Source of the DNA: Lama glama
Lineage: Eukaryota
Direction of reading: 5' to 3'
Assembly (NCBI GenBank): GCA_028534125.1
Contig: CM052816.1
Location: 5,210,001-5,274,000 of the forward strand
DNA length: 64,000 bases
Shown here: piece after piece, positions 35,255 to 47,977 of the stretch
How positions within the stretch are numbered: position 1 is the stretch's first letter
Layout of the letters: each line of letters opens with the position of its first letter
Position numbers and translations under genes: made by a program
The notes under the pieces: generated by a model
The model's database searches: none
The model's input: the letters and a program-made list of their open reading frames with translations, nothing else
Told to the model about the DNA's origin: nothing

Positions 35255-37024
35255 TAGATATGAAATATAAATATGCATATCCACACACATATATATATAC
35301 TCATACAATATGCATACACATATACATATCTGGTATTTTTAAACTGATAAGAACATCCTATGTCATCAAATACTATTTTACAACTTTGACATGTGTAATA
35401 CTTTTAAAACCAGTCCTCTGTTATATTGACAGTTCTTCATGGTTCTAAACCATGCTCCCGGGAGATATTAGCGTATCCAATTAGTGGGCAGCAGGGTGCA
35501 GTGGACTCTGGGGTCACACAGGCCTGACCCCCTATCTGGGTGGAGAAGTTTGGCTCATCCTCACCACCTTCTGGTCACCCTGGACAAGCCATTTCCCGTT
35601 TCTAAACTTCTTTCCTCTATAAAACAGAGAGAGAATAATAGTACTTATTTCATAGTAAAGTGCTCAGCTTGGACCTGTCACCTAGAAAGTGCTCAGTGGA
35701 AAAAACTCCAGCAATCCGGGAGGGAGAAGAGGATGTGCTTTGACTTCCCCACTGACCAGCAGGACTTTACACATTGCTGTTTCACACTGTGCGACAGGAG
35801 CCCGTGGAAGTAGTGGGTGACACCCTCTGTAGTAACTGCTGCCCCAATTTAAGACTGTCTCATTGCTCTTGTTCTTACTTATCTTACTGTTTTCTATGGG
35901 TTTCAGGAATACGTAACAAACTATTCAAGGGAAAGTGCTTTGAGACGACTTTAAAAGACCTGCTTGGCTATTTCACAGTTTTGGTGAAAATGATTCATGC
36001 CCATTATAAACAATTTAGATAACACCAAGAAGGCACAAAGGAGAAAGTGAAATTCTAAATCCTACCAACCGGGACTAACCACGGTTGGCATGTTGGTTGT
36101 GGCCTTCTCTTCCTTGCTACCCCTGTGGTGCCCAGGGCAAGACAGGGCAGGCTTCTGCTGCTTAATAAAAGCCTGCTGACCTCACCAGATTGACTCATTA
36201 GCAGCAGCGTGCTCCAGCTCTGTCCCTCCCGGCCAGCCTCTGACAGTTTCATTAACCCCATTAAATCATGCAGGTGCCTTTACACCTCCTGGGCTTGTTA
36301 ACCTCGGTTCAGCTCTGTTAAGTTAAAACCTGGCTGGAAAGTTGGATGTACCTTGTTAACCTCCATTAAACCCTATTAAATTTTCTAACTAGAGTCTTAG
36401 TGACTTCTAGGAATCCCTCATTAAAGTTTAGTGAATCCGGTTGATCAGGACAAGGGGAGCTGTTTTGGCTGCACTGCTTCAAAGTGTGGTGCTCATTCCT
36501 GAGTTCTTTGATGGTGGAGTTGACAAGTGTCCCTAGGCTCAGACGACCCCTGGACTCGCTCCCCTGAGTGCCTCTAGCTCTGTTACTTGGGCAGTTCCTC
36601 AACCTCTCCCAGCATGCATTTACACCTCAATAAATTGGAGTTAACAACAGCTCCTACTTGATATGATTGTAATCAGAGTGGATGGATCGTTGTCTGTAAA
36701 GCTAGTAACAGGTTGCACACTGCACTTGGTGAATATTATTACATTCGGATGTGGAAGGTCCTTATAAACTAAAAAACTGTTAAGTAAATGGAAGATTCAA
36801 TTCCAGAATTGGAGTGTCCTCCTCCATGCCAGGCACCGTGCTAGGACCCGTGGATTATTTTCATTCTGATTCCCACCCCCACCCAGATTGAAGATCGTCT
36901 ATGCCAATAATTCATCTTCACAGTGTCTTTCTGGCTGTGCATGGCACCCTATTTGCTCAAGCTCTGACCTTTCCGAGCTATTTGAGATTGAACGTAGCTG
37001 CTTTCCCTCCCTGGGCCTTAGAGG

Positions 37025-37370
37025 GCTGGACTCAGTGACTTCTAAACCTGGATGTGCAGATTCCTCGGGAGGTTTTGTAAAAGTAGTTTCCTGAGCCGCC
37101 CTTGGGGAGGTTCTCGTTAAGTAGGTCTTACGGGGAATTTCTTAAGCAATATTCCTGATGAGGTTGAAACTGCTGGATTGGAAAACATCTAGACCAGGTT
37201 AAATTTCTCCACTTTACTGAGCTTAAGTCTTACTTGGGGACATTTCAAGAAGTCATATTCCTGGAATTCAATCCCTGCACTTTTCATACTGAGAATCTGG
37301 GATGGGGAACCAGGAAGTGGCATTGTAACAGAGTTCTTACAGGGGATTCTGATGGGAGTGGGAGGTGGCA
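37025..37370. mobile_element. MER5-like hAT-Charlie relics
   Basis: cagtgacttctaaacctgg...; actgagaatctgggatggggaaccaggaagtggcattgtaacag...ggggattctgat. Confidence 0.55.
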
Positions 37371-38826
37371 AGTGCCACCTTTGAAAAAGGCTGGACCTCA
37401 GCTGATCTGATATTCAACTCAGTATTCTAAAGGTCTGTTTTGAAAAAAAGACGTCTGGTTCCTAGTGGAACCTCTGCGCTAATGGTACAGTAAGATGTGG
37501 GTTCATCCTTCCATCACGATGGATGTCAGTGGATCCTCAAAGGTCAACTCCAGCAGGGATCATACAATTAGGGGGAAGCCTGGCAACAAAGCACTTCTCC
37601 TAGGTTCAGTGTGTGAGGGCTCAGAGGCCACCTGGTTACATATGAAGGGAAGGGAGGGCAGCAGACAGAAGTGGAAGGAACTGCTTATGTCACACCTCAA
37701 ATCAAGAGGCGACACAGTGTGAAGACTGGAGCTTCCTTTGCCATCTGGAAGTTGACTCAGGGATCCCCTAAAAAATGGCATCCTTTGGCAGCAATCCATC
37801 ACTGACCCTGTGAATTCCTGGTGACAGCCGAGACTCCCCACCCTCCTTGCCCTCAAAATGCCTCCCGAAAAGTCAACCTTCACAGTATTTACACGGGAGT
37901 GGAATGGGAGAGGGTGAGGGTACTGAGAGAAGAAGCTGTACTTTGTAAATTTCGGTGCTGTTTAAAATTTCAGAGCTAGCGTGTTGCTTCTAGTCGGCTA
38001 ACATGAAGGGAACCACTTGCTGCATTTCTTCCTATTCTGCTGAGGACAGAGATGTAGTAAAGTGACACTAGTGACAGATTTGAAATGGAAGACCTGTGTC
38101 TGAGGCTTGGCTGGGCTAAGGGCTTTATCCCAGAGGCCAATCCACTCAGTCAGACAGCCTGGGGCCTTTGATCAAGCAGCCACTAGCAGGTGAGGCAGTG
38201 CAGAGATTCCACCGTTTCCAACAAGCATTCAGGTGACAGATCAACTTTACATAGCAAGGCTTTAAAGGTGAAGAAATGCTAGCCCATGCACTGCTAAAAA
38301 TAAGTTTTTGAGGCATTTAAACACCGGAATATTTATATCGAGGTCTATCCCTAGCTCCTCTTGACCAGCTGTGAGAAATGGCCACACAGGGCTGGCATTC
38401 CACATGGCAACAGGCAGAGCCAAGTGGGGCTGCCCTTAGAAAGACTGAGTTTTCCAGTCTGCAGCATGCTCTCCCTACCCCACACCCAACATTTCAATTT
38501 GTATCCCTCCATCCAGTTTACTTAGAACTCTCACAGATGGATAACTTAAGACCCGGAGTGAAGCCAATGTGGCCAGGGGACTTGGTAATCTACACGGCAC
38601 TCAGCTCCAGACTCAGGCCATCGAACCGCAGTCCATCTCTTTGCACGTGATTTCTGGATCTGAACCTGTGCGGTGGGCACTGGGAACGGAAGCGGGAGGG
38701 GAGGAGCTGTCACTAGTCACCAGTCACACACAGCCAGGGGCCAAACACGCAAGTGAAGGCATCTGAACTCCATGTGGACGTTCAAAGAGAACAACAGAGT
38801 GTCTCTCTCATTTCTCATTCAGATCG

Positions 38827-38832
38827 TTTATT
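38827..38832 (-). terminator. SAP30L: Candidate distal SAP30L polyadenylation signal
   Basis: AATAAA on the minus strand ~5.1 kb past the stop, with upstream TGTA motifs. Fits the long 3' UTR I recall for human SAP30L. Confidence 0.45.
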
Positions 38833-41800
38833 AAGAGCGAAAGTCGGGCCGTCCCATCTGTGATATTGCAACATGAAAAGTCACGTACATACTAAGGAGA
38901 CCCCACAGAATTGAGAGCCTGTCAACAGTACAGAGCCATAGATTACAGAATTAAAATATAAATGATCCCCCAGATCTGGAAGGAAACACGTACAGTATGA
39001 GGAGGCCTGAAATGGAAGGGCACTTGCTTTTCAATAAGGCAGTTACAAAATGGAAAAAAAAAAAAAAACAATCTGCACCCCAAAACACTCTAATGGGCAT
39101 AACAGAATACAGACGGATCCCGCATGACCCTGTCATTGGCAAAGATGGGTTCATTAAGTGAAAGCAACAGAAGGGTTAGTGTTTGAAAATGCAAGCTTGG
39201 TGAAATAACTGAGTGTAGACATTTCTACCCTAAGAAAAGGTCCCACCTTGCCCCAGGCTGGATTCCACCTAAAAACATCAGATCAACTCCACCCTTCCTA
39301 ACCACAAACTTGGAAACAGTCTATAATCAAACAAAAGGAAGACAAAGGCACCCCTAACGCGTCACGCTTCCCAGGGCATGATTTTGAGCCCACCTGCCCT
39401 TCAGTGCAACCGCCTCTCTCAGAAACAGGGACGGGGGCTGTGGACGGCAGGACCACAGAGCTGTGTTTGTCCAAGTCGGGCCACCTGAATCACTCAACCT
39501 CAAAGGACCACCTGAAAGGCTGAAGTCTGACCCACAGAGCAAGTCCATTCCATGAGAATTTAGATTCTAGGACAACGCTACATTTCCCACCAGAATTTTT
39601 GAACCTTGGTCTTAAATTATAGGTTACTTCTGTTCTCCACTCCCACTTGTTTTGCAAAACTCACCTGACTGCCTTCCCAATCCTTTCACACACTCGAGTT
39701 CTGCAGGTTGGCTTATAGTCCCTGAGAGCCAGGTTGGCCTTGGGAACCTCCGCTCAGTTGCACAGTCTCAAGAATCTGAGGGCAGCTCACTTCAGGCTGG
39801 ATTACAGTCCAGCTGCAAGTCGGAAAGTCAGAAGGACAAGAGGCTGGTCCAGGTGATGACACGTGGCTTGGCCAAGTCTACTCGAAATTTTAGTTTCCCC
39901 ACCTTTAAAAATCAATGACCGGCCAACAGCAAACTTACAGGACTCTGCAGCATGAAAATGCGTACTTCTCTGACACCAACACACATGGTTCCCCCAAGTT
40001 CCTAAGCTTTGTTTTCTCGGTAAAAACAATGTGTGTGAAAGTCCTTCCATGAATCTTAAGGTGCAAGCCCTCAGCGGCCATCACACAGAGCAACAGTTAC
40101 ACTTTAAAATCTCCCAGCGGAAACTTCCCCCGAGCGAGCCATGTGAGTGGTAGTTTCTACGAGGCGAGCACAAAATGAAGGCCCCACCCACTGTAAGGCA
40201 GTTTTCAGCAGGCTGCTAGCACTCCCTTCTCCCCTGACCTCCCCCATCAGCTTCAGCAAGCAGAGCCTAACCAGGCTGATGCAGCTGCCTCAACATTTCC
40301 AACAAGGCACTAAATGGACCAGTACTCAGGGGGAAGGACAGTCAGGGCACCACGGTGTCTAACCACTAGCGGCTCCTTTCCAAGAGACAAGCATTGTGCC
40401 CTGGGACGTGGCAGCAACCAGGTCCTTGGCCAACTATCTTGATCATCGTGGCCCCCACTGAGCAGAGACTGAGATGGAAATTAGAGGGATCACAGAAAAG
40501 CCAGAGGTTTACAAAGAGAGAACAGGCTTCCCCAGGAGGTAGTGAGTTCTCTGTCCTCAGAGGTGTTTAAGCCCAGACCGCTCAAACCCGTGTCAGGACG
40601 GCTGGAGGCAGAATGTCAGCACCTATGGGGAGACTGGACTGGACGACTTACAGGCTCTTCCCGCCTCGTGGATCCTCTCATTGTAACGACAGAGCCTTCA
40701 GATGATTTCTGGGCAGCAGCAACTCTGGGATGCACAGTCGGGCCCCAGAGTAAGCTTCTCTCCCGCTTTCTCCTTTCTACCAGGCAGTTGCCCTGCAGAG
40801 TATTAACAAAAAAGTTTCCACAAAATAAACAGCCGAAACGCCAAGGTTAGATGCAACATTTTAGCTGCAAACAATTATGCATGTCTATTCTCTGGAAGAC
40901 AAGCGGTGACTTTCTAGCTAAGACAGAACAGCTAACTTGGCAGCTGTTAACACGCAAGTGCAATTTCTCTTCCTGTTACATCACTGGTCTTGAACCCTTT
41001 GGTTTCAATCTTTCAAGGGATTCAGCTACAATGTTTTTCACCTGCTGTTGTCAAGAGTTCGTTCGTCGAAATAAGAAGTTTGTCCATTTTTTAAAAGCCT
41101 TAAAACGAAGCAATGTGAATGGCAGGATGGTGACAATCCATGTAACAACCTTCAGGGCATAAGAAAGAACCACACGAGGCTGCAACCGAGGCAGAGGCCT
41201 GCTCTTTAAGAAGACAACGCCAGTCCCAGCTTTCACATTCCAGTTTTGCCCAGGAGCACCAAGAGGAGAGAAGGCAATGTTGCGACATTACAGGTGGAGA
41301 GAAAGAAGCGGGTCCTTGATAGGTGGTATCAAAATGTAGGCAGCCATGATGAGCGAGCGCTGCTTTCCCCAAACCCCACTGCTCCTCGAAGCCAGACCCG
41401 GTTGCTGTGGAGGGTCCAGCCATTTCTAACAGACAGAAGTCTCCTGCCCGCAGATCAAGCCATGGGAAACCGCAGGAGAGCTAAGGCAAGTGGCTTAGTG
41501 GTCTGATGAAAGAACAGATTTCTGCACACAAGAAAAACCTAAGTTCAGAGAGCTTTGTCTTTTCCCTCACTTGACGTGTTATCAAAGGTTGAAAAGACAC
41601 CACAAACTCCCCTTTTTTCCAAAGGACCTCTCTTTAGAGGAAGGATGGTGCGGGACTCGCGTGCACACGGCATCTGGCTGAGGGTGAGAGGTTTCCCCAG
41701 GCTTCGCTTGGGCACAAAAGCACGCTGACAGACACGCTTGAACGGATAGAGCCCGACACCACGACTTCCTGTACAGAAACGTACTGCCGTCTCTCTCAAC

Positions 41801-43802
41801 TGGGAACACAGACTGGCTGCTCAAGAAGCAGTAATGTGACCTACACACCCACAATTTTGGTTTGAACATCAGAAAGATACGCTTCTTTTCTCAATAAGAC
41901 AGAGACATTTCCAGAGAGCAGGTTACCAGTACCTTAACTCCATCTGCCCCTGAACTCCAGCCTGATGAGAAAACACTCCTCTTGACAAAGGCGGTTTGGT
42001 GTTTGAAGTCTTCAAAACCTTTCTAACTCAGCTTGTCAGGAAAAAAACCTACATAAGCCACAGACTTTTGAGCCTTCTTGATTCCTACACGTCAACAGCC
42101 TTCAGCTGTAAGTAATGAGACAATCTCTAAATACGTATTGAATCTGAATGGCGGAAAGCAGGCAGAGAGCACCCTGACGAGCCATCCACAGTCAGGTGTG
42201 TGAAAGTAAGAGCCCCCCCCCCCATGGCCTAGAGTATGCGCTATGTACATTCATTTATGTATGTTAAAAGGCTGCAGTTTGCTAGCATGCATCGTGAACA
42301 CTGGTGAAAGCTCGGTGAGCGGCGGCCCGGTCCCAGTGCGCGGAACGCACGCTCCGCAGGCCGAGTCCCCGGGCGCCCCACCGCCCTGCTTGGGCAGGGG
42401 CGTGGTTTCGTTCTGACTTCTCTGTGCTGACGCTAAGATTGAGCCATCTGCGAGACACTAAAACTCCGCCAGGCCAGGCTGTCCACTGCTGCTTTTATTC
42501 TTTAAGGCTTAAGAAAGAACTCAGAATGAAAACTGAGTAAAAAGTGATACTTTTGACCACAACATATGTCAAGATGGTCAGAACTAGAATTCAAGTCCTT
42601 TCTTCTTTTTTCTTCCCACCCCAGTCCACATTCTGCCCACCCCCAACATACTGATTAGAAAATTTTGCAAAAGCATGCTTTTGGATATAAAGCTTTGTTT
42701 TCAAACAATACTTTGGCTTTGATATAATTAGATAGAGGAATCTGAGTTTTTGAACATAAAAATCAGGTAATTTTTAATACTTAAAAAAAATAAACTTTAG
42801 CAATCTTTCCCCCAAAGAGGGAGGCAAATTGCTCACAGAAATGAACATCAGATGGCACTGACCTTCGTTGTTTAAGCCCATGATTTGCTGTTGACCCCCA
42901 GGCTCAGGAAATCAAGGCTAGTCAGACCTTCTATCCCAGAGCTGGACTTTCAAGCAGGAATCACCTGGTCCTTGGCAGCTTCCTTTTGGTTGTGAACTAA
43001 GGATTAGTTACTTCTGAAGACATGAGCCCCCAACAACTAAGTATCTCCATTTATCAAAGCTTTTCTCGCCCAAGAGCATGGCTGGTCATAATACATAACT
43101 TCACCCCAAAGAATGAAGCGTGGAGGGGTGCACAAAGGGCCACGGCTCCTGGGAGCGGGTCCGCATCAGTGTTTCTGGAACCTCCACAAATACAGCTTGG
43201 CACATGAGATTGCCCTGAAGTCCTCGTCTGATCTGAAACTTCCACTGGTACACCAGGATCTCCTCCACATGCTAGAAGTTAAATGGTGAGCAACAGACAT
43301 GGCAGAGGTCTCAATACCGAGAAGTGGGAAGCAGATATTACGAGCCTGGCACTGTTAGTGACAGCTGGATAAGCCAGCAAGTGGTGACTGAGTGCCTACT
43401 GTGTGCAAGGCACAGGGCCGGTGAGGGGACCGGTCAGACTGTTTTGCTGATAAGTAACAAAACCCCCGACACAGCGGGGCATCTGAGTTCCCAGCAGACC
43501 GGGTCTGCTCGGGCACCTCCACCGTCAGCCGAACCTCGCTGCTGTGCCAGGGCTGCCCTCATGGGCAGCAGCGCGGAACTGCAAGGTGACTACCAAAATA
43601 TCTGTCGTCCCACATTTCCAGTAGAACTGACTTCATGCTTTGTTGCATTTGGCAATGCATTGTTTTCCTTTAATTCTTTTTCTGATCTTGTGTTTTTAGT
43701 CCAGGAGTTGTCTTAAAAGAAAGTCTTTGTACAAACATGCTGAATCATGAGAATATAATCCTCCTGACTGAAAAGATTTACAGTATTCATCATTCAAACT
43801 TT

Positions 43803-43808
43803 TTTATT
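43803..43808 (-). terminator. SAP30L: Candidate proximal SAP30L polyadenylation signal
   Basis: tttatt on + equals AATAAA on -, ~100 nt after the stop. Another lies at 42494-42499. Confidence 0.5.
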
Positions 43809-43904
43809 TACAATAAAATTTAACAGTCTTTGTGGGCGTAAATGTAGCAGATATCACCTGTGCATGAAGCATTACACGTCATTCCTTGGAGACGGGCTTC
43901 ACCC

Positions 43905-44033
43905 TCACTCGAGCTGCTTGCCGCCTTCTGACTTCTGGTCCAGTCTACTCTTGTTACTCTTCACCATGTAGATGAAGTAAGCGAGGGTCTCTTTTTCATT
44001 CACAGGTATGTTCCTGAAGTGTCGGCTGACAGT
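43905..44033 (-). CDS. SAP30L: SAP30L coding exon 4 (42 aa plus stop)
   Basis: tag|ACT acceptor. Encodes TVSRHFRNIPVNEKETLAYFIYMVKSNKSRLDQKSEGGKQLE*, the end of the Sin3-binding region. Confidence 0.97.
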   Translation of the reverse strand, partial: TVSRHFRNIPVNEKETLAYFIYMVKSNKSRLDQKSEGGKQLE

Positions 44034-45577
44034 CTACATTGGGGGTGGGGGGAAACAAAGTCCATTAAACCACGGATAAATCAGGGCCACAAATTCTAAG
44101 TCATGCAAAAGAGGAAAGAGCAGGTGGCTCCAGAGCGTGGGAGGGGCGGTGGTGACTGCAGGACGCCCTGCGGTGCTGAACACTCAGAATGCCCTTCTCT
44201 CCCAGGTTCAGCTGACTTGCTTTCCGGGCTTCCAAAAGTGGCACTTTAACCCACAATACTCCCAAGATGGAGTTCTATTTCAGTGGCAGCCAACCACAGC
44301 ATAGTGTCAAGGTCATCCCCATGGAGGAAGAGGCTGGGGCTGCTCTGACTGGCTAGCTCTGACCACAACCTCTCAGGCCCTGGAACTGGGCAGAAAACTG
44401 TCTTTTTAAAATTGTGTCAGATAAACAGCCAACTGAACAGATGTAAGTGCCTGACCCCAAAAAATCATCTAAATAGTACATAACTGCTTCTTGAAAGACA
44501 TATCAGATTTGAAAAAAAATTCATCATTTACTCTATATTCCTGAACTTTGACTTATTTACAAGCCCTGGGAAGGCAGGTCTTCTCTTGCCCCACCTCATC
44601 CCATCCCTTCCATCAGGGGTGGACACTGGCAAGTGGGTAATGTTATCTTGAAGTAAGAAAGGCTTGTCTGCGTCTATGTTTTATCTGGATGCTGATGGAG
44701 ATGTTTAAGAAAACACGACGGATCAGCAATAAACCCCTAAAGGAAGGACCACAAACCAACGGGGCTGTGAGCCTTTAGGGACATCTCTGGACGGACCGAG
44801 GTGTCGAGGACAGAGGAAAAGGGAGTCAGAGAACTAGAACTACCGAGTGCTTCTCTCTGGATGGTAGGGTTGTATTTTTCTTCTCATCATTTTCCAAGTT
44901 TTTCTACGACAGGCAGAAAAACACATTTAGAAAAGGATGAGAGGGCTCCCACACAAATGCCAACAGCACCAGAAGCATCAAAGCAGGCAGTCAGTGTATT
45001 AAAACAAGGCCCATGGAGCGCCCCACCCCACCCCACGCCTGGAACGGTGTTAAGGGTTCAGGGCAGGAGGAACCGTTCCTGGGCTCCTTTCATTATAATA
45101 AATACTTCCATTGCTAACATCAGAGTAGAAGAAGTCAAGGAAAAAAACCAAAGAAAGAAAAATAGCTCCTACTGAACCTGAGTGAAGGTTTGGGGATGAT
45201 TAATGTGACACACCCAATGTGCAGAATGGAACATAACTGGAAAGAATCTTGCAAAACAAGATTCAAACACAAGAACAAACAAAAGAACACTCAGGACTTA
45301 GAATCAGGAGTCTTGAGATTCCAAGCTACCAACTTGCTGTGTGATTTTAAGCAAGTCCTTTCTTTTCTCTGCGCCCTGGTTTCTTTTATGAAAATCAGGC
45401 TTTTCTAGGTCTAAAGCTGGGGGAGTCTAAATTGTGCAAAAGAGGGAAGTGGAAGTTGCTTCCAGAGGGAGGGCGGGGATTACGATCAACAGACACACAG
45501 CAGGAGGGAGAATCAAGGTCACCATCAGAAGTTCAGTGCTGGCTCTCCCTTTTTAGAGTGTAATTTTGTCTACCTAC

Positions 45578-45676
45578 TTCTGCTAACTGGGCCTTATTGA
45601 AGCCTGGTCTGGTCTGCAATTTGTAGTGTCGTTTGTAACGTCGGAGAGTGTTCACCTGCAGCTGGAACAGATCAAC
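45578..45676 (-). CDS. SAP30L: SAP30L coding exon 3 (33 aa)
   Basis: tag|GTT acceptor, GAA|gtaggt donor. Encodes [33 protein letters not shown]. Confidence 0.97.
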
Positions 45677-47118
45677 CTAGAGAGAAGAGGAGAAACAAAT
45701 TATCCATCACCTGACCAGCCACGACTCACCGAGAGCCCACGATGTGCCTAGCACTACACTAGGTAGGGGTGGGGATGGAGAGAACTACAAAGAAGTCTTA
45801 GAAATGGTCCACTGAGGACTAGTAACTGGCTGGGAGACGGAAACAACCATGGAAGTGGAATTCCGGCTGGGGAAGGGTGGTCCCAGGAGGCTGATGGAGG
45901 TGGTGAAGCTTATGCTAAGGAGGGGCAGGGTTCAGAAAGGCGGAGAGGAACAGAGATACAGTAGGGAATGAGAGAGAAGGCCATGAGCTTGGAAAGCCAG
46001 GAGATGAACACACGGGCCAGAGGGTCGGAGGCACTGGTGATGGGTTTAAAAGGTGAGACTGAGTGACAGCGTGTCGTGAAAAGCAGGAGGAGCTGAGCCA
46101 ATGTGGGAGGGTGCTGCTCTAGGAGGATGGATCTGTGGTGGTTTGCAGGGACGACTGGCTGGGGCTAAGGGGACGGCAGAGAGAGACACTACAGCAATGA
46201 TCCAGACATGAAACAGTGAGGTGGAGCTGGGGATGCTGATGCTAGGGGGGTGGCAAGCACGAAGAGCCAAGGTAAAGGCAGACACACATTCTGGAGGACA
46301 GGCCAGACAGAGGGGCACAGTGGGAAAGACGGGAATTCTCAAACAGCTCTTCCCTGGGCTCAGCCTGCGGGCCCTAGAATCCTTAGCGACCCTCCAGAGA
46401 GAGCGCAGAGCTACTGGAGCCGATGTGCAAATCAGCAGGGTAGGGTCGTGGTCTCTGCAGATGGCTGCATAACACCGGGGAGAGGACCCTCCCTTCTTTT
46501 TCTAACACGGGAAAGAGGAAAGCTGCACAGTCATGAAATACTGAAGGCCCAGAAGGTTGGGCTGCCTTTACCTGCCTCTAAAAGAGACGTTCTTGCTTCA
46601 GGCAGGTGGAGAGCACTTAAAAACAAAATGAATTATCAATATGAGGGACCAAAGTCCTTCATTCTTTTTCAAAACATTCCTCAACCCCCCCTTTTTTTTG
46701 TGAAAAGCATTTAGAAAGTGAATATATCCATTTCTTCGCAAAAATAATAATAGTGCTAAAGGCATCAGAAAGATACTGTAAAACAACGCCAGAAAAGGGG
46801 ACATAGGGAGGGGCAGAGGGAAAGGGACATATTTTCAAAGGTTTCCTCCACATCTGCAGACAAAGGCCCGCCTACTCTTTCTATTCCTACACAGTCATTT
46901 TCACTCTGAGTGCTAACAGGCGGTTGCCTTATGAAATATTCATGTGTCAAATATTCAATGTACATTATAAATGGTTCTTCTTTCGCTGAGTCTTAAGCGA
47001 AAACAATTTAGAGAGAGAGAAATCCGATATTCCTCCTAGAAGCCTTGCTTAACAGATACTGGCACCTTGAAGGAAAGGTGGGCCTCTGGTTTAAGAAGGC
47101 TGGGGCTCTCTGTCTATG

Positions 47119-47324
47119 CAGTAGTTCTCAACAGGGGATGAGTCTGCCCCCCAGAGGACACCTGCAATGTCTGGAGACAGTCACGACTCAGAGGGTGGTA
47201 TGCCTGGCACCTAGTGGCTAGAAGCCAGGGATCCCGCTAAACATCCTTCGATGCACACGGTAGCTCCCACCGTGAAGAGTTATCTGGCCCCCAGTGTCAA
47301 AAGTGCCAGGGTTGAGAAACCCTG
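47119..47324. mobile_element. MER20 (hAT-Charlie), near full length, in SAP30L intron 2
   Basis: cagtagttctcaac...aatgtctggagaca...gctaaacatcct...tgtcaaaagtgccagggttgagaaaccctg, with terminal inverted repeats. Confidence 0.88.
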
Positions 47325-47854
47325 GCCCTGGGTAACTGACCTTGGAATAGATCTTTGGGAACGAGCCTGGGCCAGGAATCAGAGATTGATGGAGATTCAG
47401 AGCGGGTATGACCTGACAAGTTACACCTTCACTTTGCACACCAGAGAACAGGGGGAGTGGCTTCCCTCAATCCATACACATTCACTCAGTCTTCAACTTT
47501 AAAGGCAAAAACAAAGTTTTAAAAACCTTGACATTGTGGTTGTATTTAAGCATTTGTCAGGGGCTTCTTGAAGAAAGGCAGCATGGCCTACTGGAGAAGA
47601 CACTGGATCGGAGCCCCCAAGATACACGTGTGACCCCAAGTGTCTGTGCCTGTCTGTAAAAAGGTGGGGCAGTCAGACTGGCTGATTTCCAAGCTCTCAT
47701 CTCCCAGATTCCGTATTACCATGATTCTATGATTCACTTTTCAAATAAACCACACCAAAGAGGACTCAAGTTACTGCTTAGACCAGGCCAGAGGTAAGGA
47801 TCAGATGAGAACCCAGCCTCCCAGCTTTCTCAAGCTGAAGTTTTGGACCTTTAC

Positions 47855-47977
47855 CTCAGGAATGTCAGTGTCGTGCTCAGGAGAATCTCCACCATCGTCA
47901 CTCGTCTTCCTCTTCCTTTTATTTCGTACGCTCTGGATGAAGTTTTTGTGGAAATCACAGATATACAGGTGCCTTAC
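47855..47977 (-). CDS. SAP30L: SAP30L coding exon 2 (41 aa)
   Basis: cag|GTA acceptor, GAG|gtaaag donor. Encodes [41 protein letters not shown] (zinc-finger end and the KRKRK NLS). Confidence 0.97.

Noticed and set aside
34731..35319. Cys/Val- and His/Thr-rich ORFs
   Set aside because: Translations of TG/CA microsatellites.
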